This document shows, in pieces, positions 7,915-17,013 of a DNA stretch of 64,000 nucleotides. Made by a program: the position numbers and the translations under genes. This DNA comes from Opitutia bacterium (GTDB lineage Bacteria; Verrucomicrobiota; Verrucomicrobiia; Opitutales; Opitutaceae). The first letter of the stretch is position 1; every line of letters starts with the position of its first letter. The stretch lies in contig JBBIHQ010000002.1 of the NCBI GenBank assembly GCA_037446975.1, positions 27,066 to 91,065 of the forward strand, in the 5' to 3' direction. The notes under the pieces were generated by a model that was not told where the DNA came from, ran no database searches, and saw nothing but the letters and a program-made list of their open reading frames with translations.

Positions 7915-10389
7915 ATGAGTCCGCTGCAAAAGCGCCTTTCCACTTTGCTGTCGGTTCTGAGCGTGCTGCTCGTGGTTGTCCTGGCCGCGATGGCCTTCGG
8001 TTGGTGGCAAATGCGCGGCAGTCTGCCGCAGCTCGACGGCCAGCATGTTCTCCCCGGCCTCGGGGCGCCTGTGCAAGTGGCCCGGGATTCGCTTGGCGTG
8101 CCAACCATCACCGGGGTCACGCGGGCGGACGTCGCCCGCGCCACCGGTTTTCTCCACGCGCAGGACCGGTTCTTCCAGATGGACATGCTGCGCCGCAGCG
8201 GCGCCGGCGAGTTGGCGGAGATTTTTGGCGCCGCGGCCCTGCCGATCGACCGGGCGCATCGGCTCCACGGTTTCCGTCCCACCGCGGTAAAGGTGGTGGC
8301 TGCCCTCCCGGCGGACCAGCGGGCCATCCTTGAAGCCTACACCGCCGGGGTGAATGCCGGCCTCGCCGCGCTCCGGAAGATTCCGTGGGAGTACCTTGTG
8401 CTTCGCACTCCACCCCGCCCGTGGAAGATCGAGGACAGCATCCTGGTCTCCTATGCAATGTGGTTTGACCTCCAGGATTCGACGGGCGGGCTGGAGCGAA
8501 ACCTGCGCGCCGTGCAATCAGCCCTCGGGCTCGCGGGCCTGAATTTCTTCGCCCCGCGGGGCAACTCGTGGGATGCGGCGCTTGATGGCAGCACCTATGC
8601 TCCGGCTCCCTTGCCGCCGTTGCGGTTGCAGGCGCCGGCGGAGGAAAAAACCGACGCGTTTGTCCCCCGCCATTTTCCGGGACCGATCCAGCCCGAGCCC
8701 CAGATGCTACCGGGCTCGAACTGTTTTGCGGTCAGCGGAGCCCACACGGCCAGCGGCGCCGCTCTCCTTGCGAACGACATGCATCTCGGCCTGAGCGTGC
8801 CGCCCACCTGGTACCGCGCTGTGTTCAACTGGCGGGACTCCCAGGGTAGCGCGCACCGGGTGGTCGGCGTGACACTTCCGGGCACTCCTCTGATGGTCAT
8901 TGGCAGCAACGGCCGGATCGCGTGGGGTTTCACCAATTCCTACATCGACACCACTGATGTTGTCGTGGCGGAAACCGATTCCATCGCGCAAATCGCATAC
9001 CGCACGGCGCACGGCTGGAAGGACGTCGATGATCGCGCCGACCCCATCAAGGTGAAGGGCCGGAATCCGGTGCCCTTCGTGGCGCGCTGGACCGAGTGGG
9101 GTCCCATTCTGGCCGGACCCGCCGATGGCCGCTATCTGGTGCTGCGGTGGAACGCGCACAATGCCGAGTCGACCAACCTGGACCTGATTGGCCTGGAGAC
9201 CGCCACGACCGCGGCGGAGGCGGTGAATATCGCCCATCACATCGGCATGCCCAACCAGAACCTGCTTGTGGCCGATGCCGGTGGTGCCATTGCGTGGACG
9301 CTGACCGGCACCATCCCGCGACGTGTTGGCTATGACGGGCGGTTGCCGGTTTCATGGGCTTACGGCGACCGTTATTGGGACGGCTGGCTCAAACCCGGGG
9401 AAATACCTGTCGTCTTCATTCCGGGCAAGGAGCCACCCGCCACATTGGCCGCGCCGGTTTCTGCCACGGATGAGGCATTGGCGAAAGAGGGTATTCTCTG
9501 GACGGCCAACCAGCGGATGGTCGGCGGCACCGAACTCGCAAAGATTGGCGACGGTGGTTATGGTGCGGGAGCGCGCGCCGGTCAGATTCGCGATGACCTG
9601 CGGCAGCTCGTGGGCTCGGGCAAAAAAGTGACGCCGGCCGATCTGCTGGCCATTCAGCTCGATGACCGGGCGGTTTTCCTCGGGCGTTGGCAAAAATTCC
9701 TGCTGGATGTGCTGTCCGACGAAGCGGTCGCCAAAAAACCCGCCCGCGGTGATTTGCGCGAGGTGGTGCGCCGATGGAATGGTCGCGCCGACATCGATTC
9801 GGCCGCCTACCGGCTGGTGCGCCGCTACCGCTTGAAATTGGCGGACCGGGTGCTGGCGCCATTCTTTGAAAACGCGCGGGATGACGAGCCACAGTTCAGC
9901 TACAGCCGGTTTCACTACGAGGACGCCCTGTGGCAGTTGGTGCACGATAAACCGGTGCGAATGCTCAATCCCGTTCATCCCTCGTGGGAATCGCTCTTCC
10001 TTACCGCTGCGGATGATGTGATTGCCGACGCCGCCAAAGAAGGCGTACCGCTCCGGCGTCTCACCTGGGGAGCGCGCAACACCCTGAGGATGCAGCACCC
10101 ATTCAGCAGTTTTCTCCCCGGACCGCTGGCCCGGCTGCTCAACATGCCCGCGGAGCCGCTGCCCGGCGACAACGACATGCCCCGCGTCCAGGGCCCGGCC
10201 TTCGGCGCGAGCGAAAGGATGGTGGTGTCTCCCGGCCACGAGAACGAGGGCATCTTCCACATGCCCGGCGGCCAATGCGGACATCCGCTCTCGCCTTATT
10301 ACCGCGCCGGTCACGAGGCGTGGGCAAAAGGTGAGCCAACACCGCTTCTGCCCGGGCCGGCGCAGCACACCCTGGTGTTGGAACCCTAG
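7915..10389 (+). CDS. Penicillin/AHL acylase family Ntn-hydrolase (S45)
   Basis: The 824-aa product has an N-terminal TM/signal segment. LPGSNCFAVSG looks like the autoprocessing site with nucleophile Ser. VARDSLGVPTITG is also present. Confidence 0.85.
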   Translation: MSPLQKRLSTLLSVLSVLLVVVLAAMAFGWWQMRGSLPQLDGQHVLPGLGAPVQVARDSLGVPTITGVTRADVARATGFLHAQDRFFQMDMLRRSGAGELAEIFGAAALPIDRAHRLHGFRPTAVKVVAALPADQRAILEAYTAGVNAGLAALRKIPWEYLVLRTPPRPWKIEDSILVSYAMWFDLQDSTGGLERNLRAVQSALGLAGLNFFAPRGNSWDAALDGSTYAPAPLPPLRLQAPAEEKTDAFVPRHFPGPIQPEPQMLPGSNCFAVSGAHTASGAALLANDMHLGLSVPPTWYRAVFNWRDSQGSAHRVVGVTLPGTPLMVIGSNGRIAWGFTNSYIDTTDVVVAETDSIAQIAYRTAHGWKDVDDRADPIKVKGRNPVPFVARWTEWGPILAGPADGRYLVLRWNAHNAESTNLDLIGLETATTAAEAVNIAHHIGMPNQNLLVADAGGAIAWTLTGTIPRRVGYDGRLPVSWAYGDRYWDGWLKPGEIPVVFIPGKEPPATLAAPVSATDEALAKEGILWTANQRMVGGTELAKIGDGGYGAGARAGQIRDDLRQLVGSGKKVTPADLLAIQLDDRAVFLGRWQKFLLDVLSDEAVAKKPARGDLREVVRRWNGRADIDSAAYRLVRRYRLKLADRVLAPFFENARDDEPQFSYSRFHYEDALWQLVHDKPVRMLNPVHPSWESLFLTAADDVIADAAKEGVPLRRLTWGARNTLRMQHPFSSFLPGPLARLLNMPAEPLPGDNDMPRVQGPAFGASERMVVSPGHENEGIFHMPGGQCGHPLSPYYRAGHEAWAKGEPTPLLPGPAQHTLVLEP

Positions 10390-10485
10390 GATCTTTCTCG
10401 TTCTTCGCTTTCGTCCACTCTATCAGTGCGATCGCCGACGGTTCCCGGAGTCTGACAACTGCCCGTCAAAAACAGAAATATCGCC

Positions 10486-11103
10486 ATGCCTCTTCATCTC
10501 CTTTCCCATCCGCTTGGCGCCCACGTCCTGACTCATTTGCGCGACAAGACCACCAAACCCGCGCTCTTCCGCACCCTGAGTTACCAGATTTCGCTCCTGC
10601 TCGCGCTTGAAGCCACCCGCGACCTCGCCACAGAGGGAAAAGCCATCGAAACCCCGATGGAGCCGATGACCGGCAGCGTGCTCGCCAAGCCGCTCGTGGT
10701 CGTCCCCATCCTGCGCGCCGGTCTCGGCATGCTGCAACCGTTTCAAGACATTTTTCCCGACGTGTCCGTGGGTTACGTCGGCCTCGAACGCGACCACGCC
10801 ACCGCAGTGGCGCGAAGTTATTACTGCAAACTCCCACCGCTGGCTAACAAGCGCGTGGTCGTGGTGGACCCGATGCTTGCCACCGGTGGCTCCGCCGTGC
10901 AGGCACTCACGCTGGTAAAACAAAGCGGTGCGACAGAGATCTCGCTCGTCTGCATCGTGGGCGCACCCGAAGGAGTGGCCGCGGTGGAAAAAGACCACCC
11001 GGAGGTACCGGTCTTCCTGGGTGTGCTCGACCGGGAACTCAACAGCCGCAAATACATCCTGCCCGGTCTCGGCGATTTCGGCGACCGGCTCTACGGAACG
11101 TGA
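10486..11103 (+). CDS. upp: Uracil phosphoribosyltransferase
   Basis: The PRPP loop VVVVDPMLATGGSA and the C-terminal YILPGLGDFGDRLYGT are present. Confidence 0.9.
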   Translation: MPLHLLSHPLGAHVLTHLRDKTTKPALFRTLSYQISLLLALEATRDLATEGKAIETPMEPMTGSVLAKPLVVVPILRAGLGMLQPFQDIFPDVSVGYVGLERDHATAVARSYYCKLPPLANKRVVVVDPMLATGGSAVQALTLVKQSGATEISLVCIVGAPEGVAAVEKDHPEVPVFLGVLDRELNSRKYILPGLGDFGDRLYGT

Positions 11104-11228
11104 CGTTGGCGGCGAAGGCGGCTGATTGAGCCGCCGTCTTCACTCGACTGGCGCCGCCCGCCCGAGGACCGAATTCCGGTCTCCGTCTTGGCCTCGACGT
11201 CGTCGACCGACCTGTTTTGCCTCGGGCC

Positions 11229-11549
11229 ATGGAACTCGATCAATTGACCCGACGGGCGATGCAAATTCGGGCGCGTTTCGATGAAGCGGCGTTGGCGGAA
11301 AAACGCCGGCCGTGGACGCGCGAGGAGATCATGCAGGGTTTTGTCGTCGACGTGGGCGACCTGATGAAACTCACGATGGCGAAACGTGGCTCCCGCTCGG
11401 TTGAGGACGTTGATCGAAAACTCGCCCATGAGTTATCCGACTGCCTTTGGAGCGTGCTCGTGCTGGCGCAACTCCACGACGTGGACCTGGAAAGGGAATT
11501 CCTCGTCACGATGGCCGGCTTGGAGGCAAAACTGGCCGGGATTAGTTGA
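11229..11549 (+). CDS. MazG-like nucleotide pyrophosphohydrolase domain protein
   Basis: The small all-helical product contains EEIMQGFVVDVGDL and LAHELSDCLWSVLVLA (EExxE/D-like). The ATG at 11229 lies downstream of the TTG at 11217. Confidence 0.6.
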   Translation: MELDQLTRRAMQIRARFDEAALAEKRRPWTREEIMQGFVVDVGDLMKLTMAKRGSRSVEDVDRKLAHELSDCLWSVLVLAQLHDVDLEREFLVTMAGLEAKLAGIS

Positions 11550-12282
11550 GCCAGCCACCTACCGCCTGAATTGGCGTCGGCTCGCCGCGCCGCGTGACCC
11601 ACACCGCCAGCGCGTAGCGGACAACATTCAGGCCCGTCGGTTTCGGCAGGCTCAATTCAGCGGTACCTTTATCGAGCCGCGCAGCCTTGAGCACCAAGGC
11701 GACGAATTCGTGCCGCAACGTACGCCCTCCGTTTTCCCCGGACCGGACGGCGGACGAAATTCCGCCACCCAAGAGCACCGTGTGAACTTCCCAGTCACCC
11801 GCGGGCGCGAACCTCACCCGGCAGATGCCGTCGTCCGCATACTCGACCGACAAAATCCCGGCTCTTCCGGGGGACGATGGCGGGGCGGGTTGCCCGAAAC
11901 TTCCCCGCCACTCCGCGCCATCGAGCACCAAGCAAGGGGTGTAGACCGAGTCGCTGCCCCAGTGGCTGGAATAGGCGTATTGGCGCTCTGTGAATTCCCT
12001 GGTCGCGAAACGATCGCGCCAGCCGAGGTGATCCCAATACCCCACGTGAAAAGCCACCGGGACGAAGTCGCGCCACAAACCCGGGGCTTCACGCAGTCCA
12101 CCGAGCCATTCCTCCGCCGGCGGACAGCTGCTGCATCCCTCGGAGCTGAAAAGCTCGATGAGATGGGTCCGGTTCTCGCCGCTCGAAAATCTCAGCGGCG
12201 CGGCGGCCAGCGTCACCGCTGCCAGGCTTAATACGGAAAGCATCAGGCGCATCGCTGTAAGAGCGGCCATCTGGCCTGACAT
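11542..12282 (-). CDS. DUF1223 thioredoxin-like secreted protein
   Basis: IELFSSEGCSSCPPAEEWL and HVGYWDHLGW are present. A signal peptide is likely if the start is the ATG at 12252 (MRLMLSVLSLAAVTLAAA). The 3' end overlaps the convergent gene by 8 nt. Confidence 0.7.
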   Translation of the reverse strand: MSGQMAALTAMRLMLSVLSLAAVTLAAAPLRFSSGENRTHLIELFSSEGCSSCPPAEEWLGGLREAPGLWRDFVPVAFHVGYWDHLGWRDRFATREFTERQYAYSSHWGSDSVYTPCLVLDGAEWRGSFGQPAPPSSPGRAGILSVEYADDGICRVRFAPAGDWEVHTVLLGGGISSAVRSGENGGRTLRHEFVALVLKAARLDKGTAELSLPKPTGLNVVRYALAVWVTRRGEPTPIQAVGGWLN

Positions 12283-12331
12283 TCCATTTTTTCGTGTTCA
12301 TCGGCGTGATTCGCAGGCAATTTCCCGGCAC

Positions 12332-13225
12332 ATGACCATTGAACGCCCGGGACTGATCGTTGCCGACGGCTGGAAAGACTACCAGTTGCTTGATTGCGGA
12401 CTGGGCCTGAAGCACGAGCAATGGGGTCCATTTACGTTGGTGCGGCCGGATCCGCAGATCATCTGGCCGCGTACTGGTGGTAACGGTCGTTGGGAAAACT
12501 GGGACGGTTTCTATCACCGCAGCGAAAGCGGCGGGGGCAAGTGGGAATTCCGCCAGAAGCTTCCCGACCACTGGAGCATCCGCTATGGCGCCCTGACGTT
12601 TAAGATCCACCCGACCAGTTTCAAGCACACGGGGCTCTTTCCGGAACAGGCGGTCAACTGGGATTGGTTCGCCCAGCGCATCAAGGCGGCGCGCGCCACG
12701 GGCCGCGAGGTTAGCGTGCTCAATCTCTTCGGCTATACCGGTGCCGCCACCGTTGCCGCCGCGGCGGCCGGCGCCAGCGTGTGTCACGTCGACGCCGCCG
12801 AGGGCATGGTGAAGTGGTGCAAGGAAAACGCCGTCTTGTCCGGTCTGGCCGAGGCGCCCATCCGTTACATCACGGACGACTGTCTGAAATTTGTGCGCCG
12901 TGAGATCAAGCGCGGTCGCCGCTATGACGCCATCATCATGGACCCGCCCACCTACGGACGCGGAGGCGGTGGCGAACTGTGGAAGCTCGAGGACCATCTT
13001 TGGGAGCTGCTTAACGAATGCCGGCAGGTGTTGAGCGACCGACCGGTGTTCTTTTTGATCAACGCCTACACGGCGCGCCTGTCGCCTACGGTCGTCATCA
13101 ACCTGCTCGCCAGCCTCATGGCCGGGGTGGACGGACGCCTCACCGGTGGCGAAGTCGGACTGCCAGTCCAGCGCGACGGCAAAGTTCTGCCCTGCGGCAT
13201 CTTTGGCCGTTGGGAGGCCGTCTGA
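12332..13225 (+). CDS. Class I SAM-dependent methyltransferase (RlmI/RlmK-like catalytic domain)
   Basis: LNLFGYTGAATVAAA, DAAEGMVKWCKENA and DAIIMDPPTYGRG are present. I chose the ATG at 12332 because the ORF-track start at 12158 overlaps the divergent gene. Confidence 0.7.
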   Translation: MTIERPGLIVADGWKDYQLLDCGLGLKHEQWGPFTLVRPDPQIIWPRTGGNGRWENWDGFYHRSESGGGKWEFRQKLPDHWSIRYGALTFKIHPTSFKHTGLFPEQAVNWDWFAQRIKAARATGREVSVLNLFGYTGAATVAAAAAGASVCHVDAAEGMVKWCKENAVLSGLAEAPIRYITDDCLKFVRREIKRGRRYDAIIMDPPTYGRGGGGELWKLEDHLWELLNECRQVLSDRPVFFLINAYTARLSPTVVINLLASLMAGVDGRLTGGEVGLPVQRDGKVLPCGIFGRWEAV

Positions 13226-14292
13226 TGCGCAGCGGTTGTCTGCTCCTGTCTCTCGTTTTGCTGCCTGTCGGTTACGCTCGGGCCGGCGCGATCGTGCCGC
13301 TGGATTTTGAACAGTTCCCAAAATGGAGCGATTTGTTCCGCACCAGCGCCTTCAGCGTCGTTTCGGAAAACGACAAGTACTTCGCCGGGACCGACCGGCA
13401 CTACACCAATGGCCTGGAACTTTCGTTTCTCGGTGAGACCCGCTTGGATGAATCGCCCGGACTGGTGCAGAAGATCGCCGAATATGTGCCGACGCTCCAC
13501 GGCCGGCGGGCAAGAGAACAGGCCTACAAGGTCGGTGTCTCGCTGGGCCAGAACCTTTACACGCCGATGGACACGCATGCCTCTGCGCCGCTGCCCGGCG
13601 ACCGGCCCTACGCCGGGTGGCTGTACGGCGCGCTGACATTTCAAGCCCAAAGCGACGACGCCAGGCTGTTGCGCGTGGTTGAACTGGCGGTGGGTGTCGT
13701 GGGACCTTGGGCCCTGGGCAGGCAGACCCAGAATGGTTTCCACAACATCATCGGAGTCGCTCACGCCAACGGTTGGAGCAACCAATTGCACAACGAACCG
13801 GGCCTGATTCTTTCGTGGGAGCGCCGCTATCGCATCGGCAAAATCCGGCTTCCTTTTCCGGGCTTGGAGTCGGATTTGATCGGGCGCGGCGGCGTTTCGC
13901 TCGGCAATATCCGTACCAACGTGGCCGGCGGTTTTGCCGTCCGCGTTGGCTGGCGGCTCCCCAACGACTTTGGTGCCGACCTGATCCGGCCGGCTGGAGG
14001 CAGCCTGATCTCTGCCCATCGTTTCAGCGCCTACCTTTTCGGCAGCAGCGAAGTGCGGGCAGTCGCCCGGGACGTATTTCTCGACGGCAACACCTGGCAG
14101 GACAGCCTGGCCGTGGACAAACGGCCTGTCGTCGCCGACCTGAACCTCGGGCTGGTCCTGCGTGTGCCGCTGGCCGGGCCGCGCCTGAAGGGGCTTCAGG
14201 TCGCCTACACCCAGAACTACCGGACGAAAGAATTTTACGGCCAATTGCAGCGCGATGTGTTTGGCTCTGTCGGTTTTTCGTTTCTATTCTAG
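13225..14292 (+). CDS. lpxR: Lipid A deacylase LpxR-family outer-membrane protein
   Basis: A signal peptide MRSGCLLLSLVLLPVGYARA is present, followed by ENDKYFAGTDRHYTNGLELSF, and the protein ends in F. The ATG overlaps the upstream TGA by 1 nt. Confidence 0.7.
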   Translation: MRSGCLLLSLVLLPVGYARAGAIVPLDFEQFPKWSDLFRTSAFSVVSENDKYFAGTDRHYTNGLELSFLGETRLDESPGLVQKIAEYVPTLHGRRAREQAYKVGVSLGQNLYTPMDTHASAPLPGDRPYAGWLYGALTFQAQSDDARLLRVVELAVGVVGPWALGRQTQNGFHNIIGVAHANGWSNQLHNEPGLILSWERRYRIGKIRLPFPGLESDLIGRGGVSLGNIRTNVAGGFAVRVGWRLPNDFGADLIRPAGGSLISAHRFSAYLFGSSEVRAVARDVFLDGNTWQDSLAVDKRPVVADLNLGLVLRVPLAGPRLKGLQVAYTQNYRTKEFYGQLQRDVFGSVGFSFLF

Positions 14293-14295
14293 GTC

Positions 14296-15024
14296 ATGCC
14301 CTCTCCAGCCGACGCTTACCTCGCCACCGCCTCCGCCATGCTGCAACGCGCCTGCGCCCAGAATGCGCCCGTGTTGAGGAAACTTGGCGCCGTCATCGGC
14401 AGGTCCCTCGCGAAGGGCGGCGTCCTGCACACCTTTGGCAGCGGCCACAGTGAGATCATTTCGCGCGAAATCATCGGCCGGGCGGGTGGCTTGGTCTGCG
14501 TCAGCGGAATCTTTGATCCGACCGGCGGATTCATCGAAAACATGGTGGGCTACGGCTCCAAGCTGGCCGAGCGCTACGATCGCGCCCACGGTCTGCTGAA
14601 GGGCGAGACCATCATTGTCATTTCCAATTCGGGGAAAAACTCGTCGCCGATCGAGGTCGCGCTCTATGCCAGGCAAAAGGGTCTGCACGTGGTGGGTTTG
14701 ACCTGCGTCGAGATGTCCCGGACCGCCACCACCGTGCATCCCGAAGGGAAAAAGCTGCACGAGGTCGCCGACTACGTCCTCGACAACGGTGGCACGCCCG
14801 GTGACGCGGTCACCGAGGTAATCAAGGGCGTCAAGGCCGGGCCGACGTCGACGTTAATAGGCGCGACCTTGCTCAACCTGCTTTCGCTTGAGATCATCGC
14901 GTGGCTCACCGCCCACGGCCATACCCCGCCAATTTTGCGCAGCCAGAACCTGCCCGATGCCATCGAATACAACCGCGAACTCGGCAGGAAATACAAGGGC
15001 CGGCTCAGCCGGCAGCTCGCATAG
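14296..15024 (+). CDS. SIS-domain sugar-phosphate isomerase-like protein (UPF0309 type)
   Basis: GGVLHTFGSGHSEIISRE and VISNSGKNSSPIE are present. The gene starts 4 nt after the lpxR stop. Confidence 0.75.
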   Translation: MPSPADAYLATASAMLQRACAQNAPVLRKLGAVIGRSLAKGGVLHTFGSGHSEIISREIIGRAGGLVCVSGIFDPTGGFIENMVGYGSKLAERYDRAHGLLKGETIIVISNSGKNSSPIEVALYARQKGLHVVGLTCVEMSRTATTVHPEGKKLHEVADYVLDNGGTPGDAVTEVIKGVKAGPTSTLIGATLLNLLSLEIIAWLTAHGHTPPILRSQNLPDAIEYNRELGRKYKGRLSRQLA

Positions 15025-15099
15025 AGCCACCGCGAAATACGGCGGACCCGCGAAAAGAGCCTTGGGAAGTCCGGCCTTTCCTGTTTTTCGTCTAGGGCA

Positions 15100-16050
15100 G
15101 TGGTTACAGATTCCTACAAGATCGGCGTGGACGGCGGCGGCACGAAGACGGAATGCATCCTCGTGGATGCCCGGGGCGAAGTCGTCGCACACCATCTCGC
15201 GTCCGGATGCAATCCCAGCCAGATCGGCCCGGTGGCGGCACGCGCTGTTCTCACCGATGCCGTCGCGACATTGCTGGCCCAGGCAAAGATCAAGCTTCCC
15301 ACGGAACGAGACGCCGCGGCGCGGTCGCAGATCACCGTCACGCTGCTCTGCCTGGCCGGCAACCGCGGATTCTGGCGCGAGACGGCGGACGGCCTGCCCG
15401 GCCTTGGACAAATCACCACCACCGATGATTCCATTCCCGTGCTGGAACTGGCCACGGCCGGCACACCCGGGCTGGTTTTGCACGCCGGAACCGGATCGTT
15501 TGTCGCCGCTCGAGATCCGGCCGGCGTGGCGCATTACATCGGGGGACTCGGCTGGAAGTTTGGCGATCCGGGCAGCGGTTTCGATCTCGGCCGGCGCGCG
15601 TTGGCGCTGGCCATGCTTGAACTGCAGCGTGCGGCCGCTGACACCGTGACCAAGCTCTCCCCGCTGGCGGAAGCCTTGTGCGGGCACACCGGCTTGGCCG
15701 ATTACGCGGCGAACTCGCGGTTTTTTTATTACGACACTGAAGCCAACGCGAAGATCGCGGCCTTTGCGCCTCGCGTCATTGAGCTGGCCGCGCAGGACTG
15801 CGGCCCGGCCCAGCAAGTGGTGGCTGATTCGATCACCGAGTTCGCCCGGTTGGCGGACCAGGTCATTCACCGGCTATTTCCCCGGCCGGAGACAAAACTG
15901 CCGTGTGGCGTGAGCGGACGGATCCTGAACAGCGTGGCGGCGGCCTTCGCCCTCCGCTCGCTCGCCAGCAAGCTGAACTGGCCGGTCGAGCTGCGCTTCA
16001 TGGACATACCGCCCATCGAGGGCGTGCGACGACTGTTGGGAAGAATGTAA
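15100..16050 (+). CDS. BadF/BadG/BcrA/BcrD-type ATPase (N-acetylglucosamine-kinase-like)
   Basis: The phosphate-1 motif YKIGVDGGGTKTECILVD and LHAGTGS are present. The start codon is GTG. Confidence 0.75.
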   Translation: MVTDSYKIGVDGGGTKTECILVDARGEVVAHHLASGCNPSQIGPVAARAVLTDAVATLLAQAKIKLPTERDAAARSQITVTLLCLAGNRGFWRETADGLPGLGQITTTDDSIPVLELATAGTPGLVLHAGTGSFVAARDPAGVAHYIGGLGWKFGDPGSGFDLGRRALALAMLELQRAAADTVTKLSPLAEALCGHTGLADYAANSRFFYYDTEANAKIAAFAPRVIELAAQDCGPAQQVVADSITEFARLADQVIHRLFPRPETKLPCGVSGRILNSVAAAFALRSLASKLNWPVELRFMDIPPIEGVRRLLGRM

Positions 16051-16058
16051 GCGTTGGC

Positions 16059-16970
16059 ATGCGAGCGACCATCGATCAACAGCCGGCCGTTCTCACCGAA
16101 CCCGAATGGCGGGAGCGCCGGCGGCGGCACGAGCAGCGCGTGCGGGCTTGGACCGGACCACATCAGGCAAGATCGGCGCGCGGCGAGAAGCATCCGGTCT
16201 ATGATTTTCTTTTTGAATACTACCGTTTCCGGCCGAGTTGGCTGCGTCGTTGGCATCCCGGCCCCGATGTCGCGTTGACGGGCGATGGTGCGCGCGAGTT
16301 TCTGCGCTGGCCGGAATACCACGAGGTGACTGATGGCGTGGCATTGGATGTCGCCGCGCTGGGGCCGCACCGGCGGGAGAGTCTGCGGTGGATGCTTGAA
16401 CTTTTGCGGGCCACCGCCGCGCGAACGCCACAGTTCGCGTGCTATGGTCTGCACGAGTGGGCCATGGTCTACCGCCAGGATCCCGGGGAACTGCGCCACC
16501 ACCGCTGGCCCTTGCGCTTCGCGGCGGACGAACTGGCCCGCATCGTCGAGGCGCAGCCGGTGTGTTGCTCGCATTTTGACGCCTTCCGGTTTTTCACCGT
16601 GCCGGCCAGGCCACTCAACCGGTTGCAGCCCACCCGGGTCGACGTGCCCAGGTTCGAGCAGCGCGGCTGTCTCCATGCGAACATGGACCTCTACAAGTGG
16701 GCCTTCAAACTTGCGCCTTTTACTCCCAGCGAGCTGGTCGCCGATTGCTTCGCGCTGGCGCGCGACATCCGCGAGATCGACATGCGGGCCAGCCCCTATG
16801 ATTTGTCCGGTCTCGGCTTTCCGCCCATCCCAACTGAGACGCCGGAAGGCCGGGCTGAATACGAATTGCATCAACGGGAGTTCGCCGTGCGCAGCCAGCC
16901 TTTGCGCGCCCGGCTCATCACATTGTGCGAACGGCTGCTGGGCCAAAGTTCGACCGGGCCTGCCCTGTGA
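16059..16970 (+). CDS. Conserved hypothetical protein (family sometimes labelled 3-methyladenine DNA glycosylase in databases; function unverified)
   Basis: The 303-aa product contains HPVYDFLFEYYRFRPSWLRRWHPG, YGLHEWAMVYR and HANMDLYKWAFK. The start lies 8 nt after the upstream stop. Confidence 0.6.
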   Translation: MRATIDQQPAVLTEPEWRERRRRHEQRVRAWTGPHQARSARGEKHPVYDFLFEYYRFRPSWLRRWHPGPDVALTGDGAREFLRWPEYHEVTDGVALDVAALGPHRRESLRWMLELLRATAARTPQFACYGLHEWAMVYRQDPGELRHHRWPLRFAADELARIVEAQPVCCSHFDAFRFFTVPARPLNRLQPTRVDVPRFEQRGCLHANMDLYKWAFKLAPFTPSELVADCFALARDIREIDMRASPYDLSGLGFPPIPTETPEGRAEYELHQREFAVRSQPLRARLITLCERLLGQSSTGPAL

Positions 16971-17013
16971 GACGCGCATTGCCTCCCGCCCGCCGCCAGC
17001 CAATCTTCCCCGC

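Noticed and set aside
16333-17013. The N-terminal 227 codons of ORF 16333-18114, which would give a 593-aa protein.
   Set aside because: This part overlaps the 16059-16970 gene in another frame and translates to Pro/Arg/Ser/Cys-rich low-complexity sequence. Plausible protein sequence begins at the ATG at 17014.
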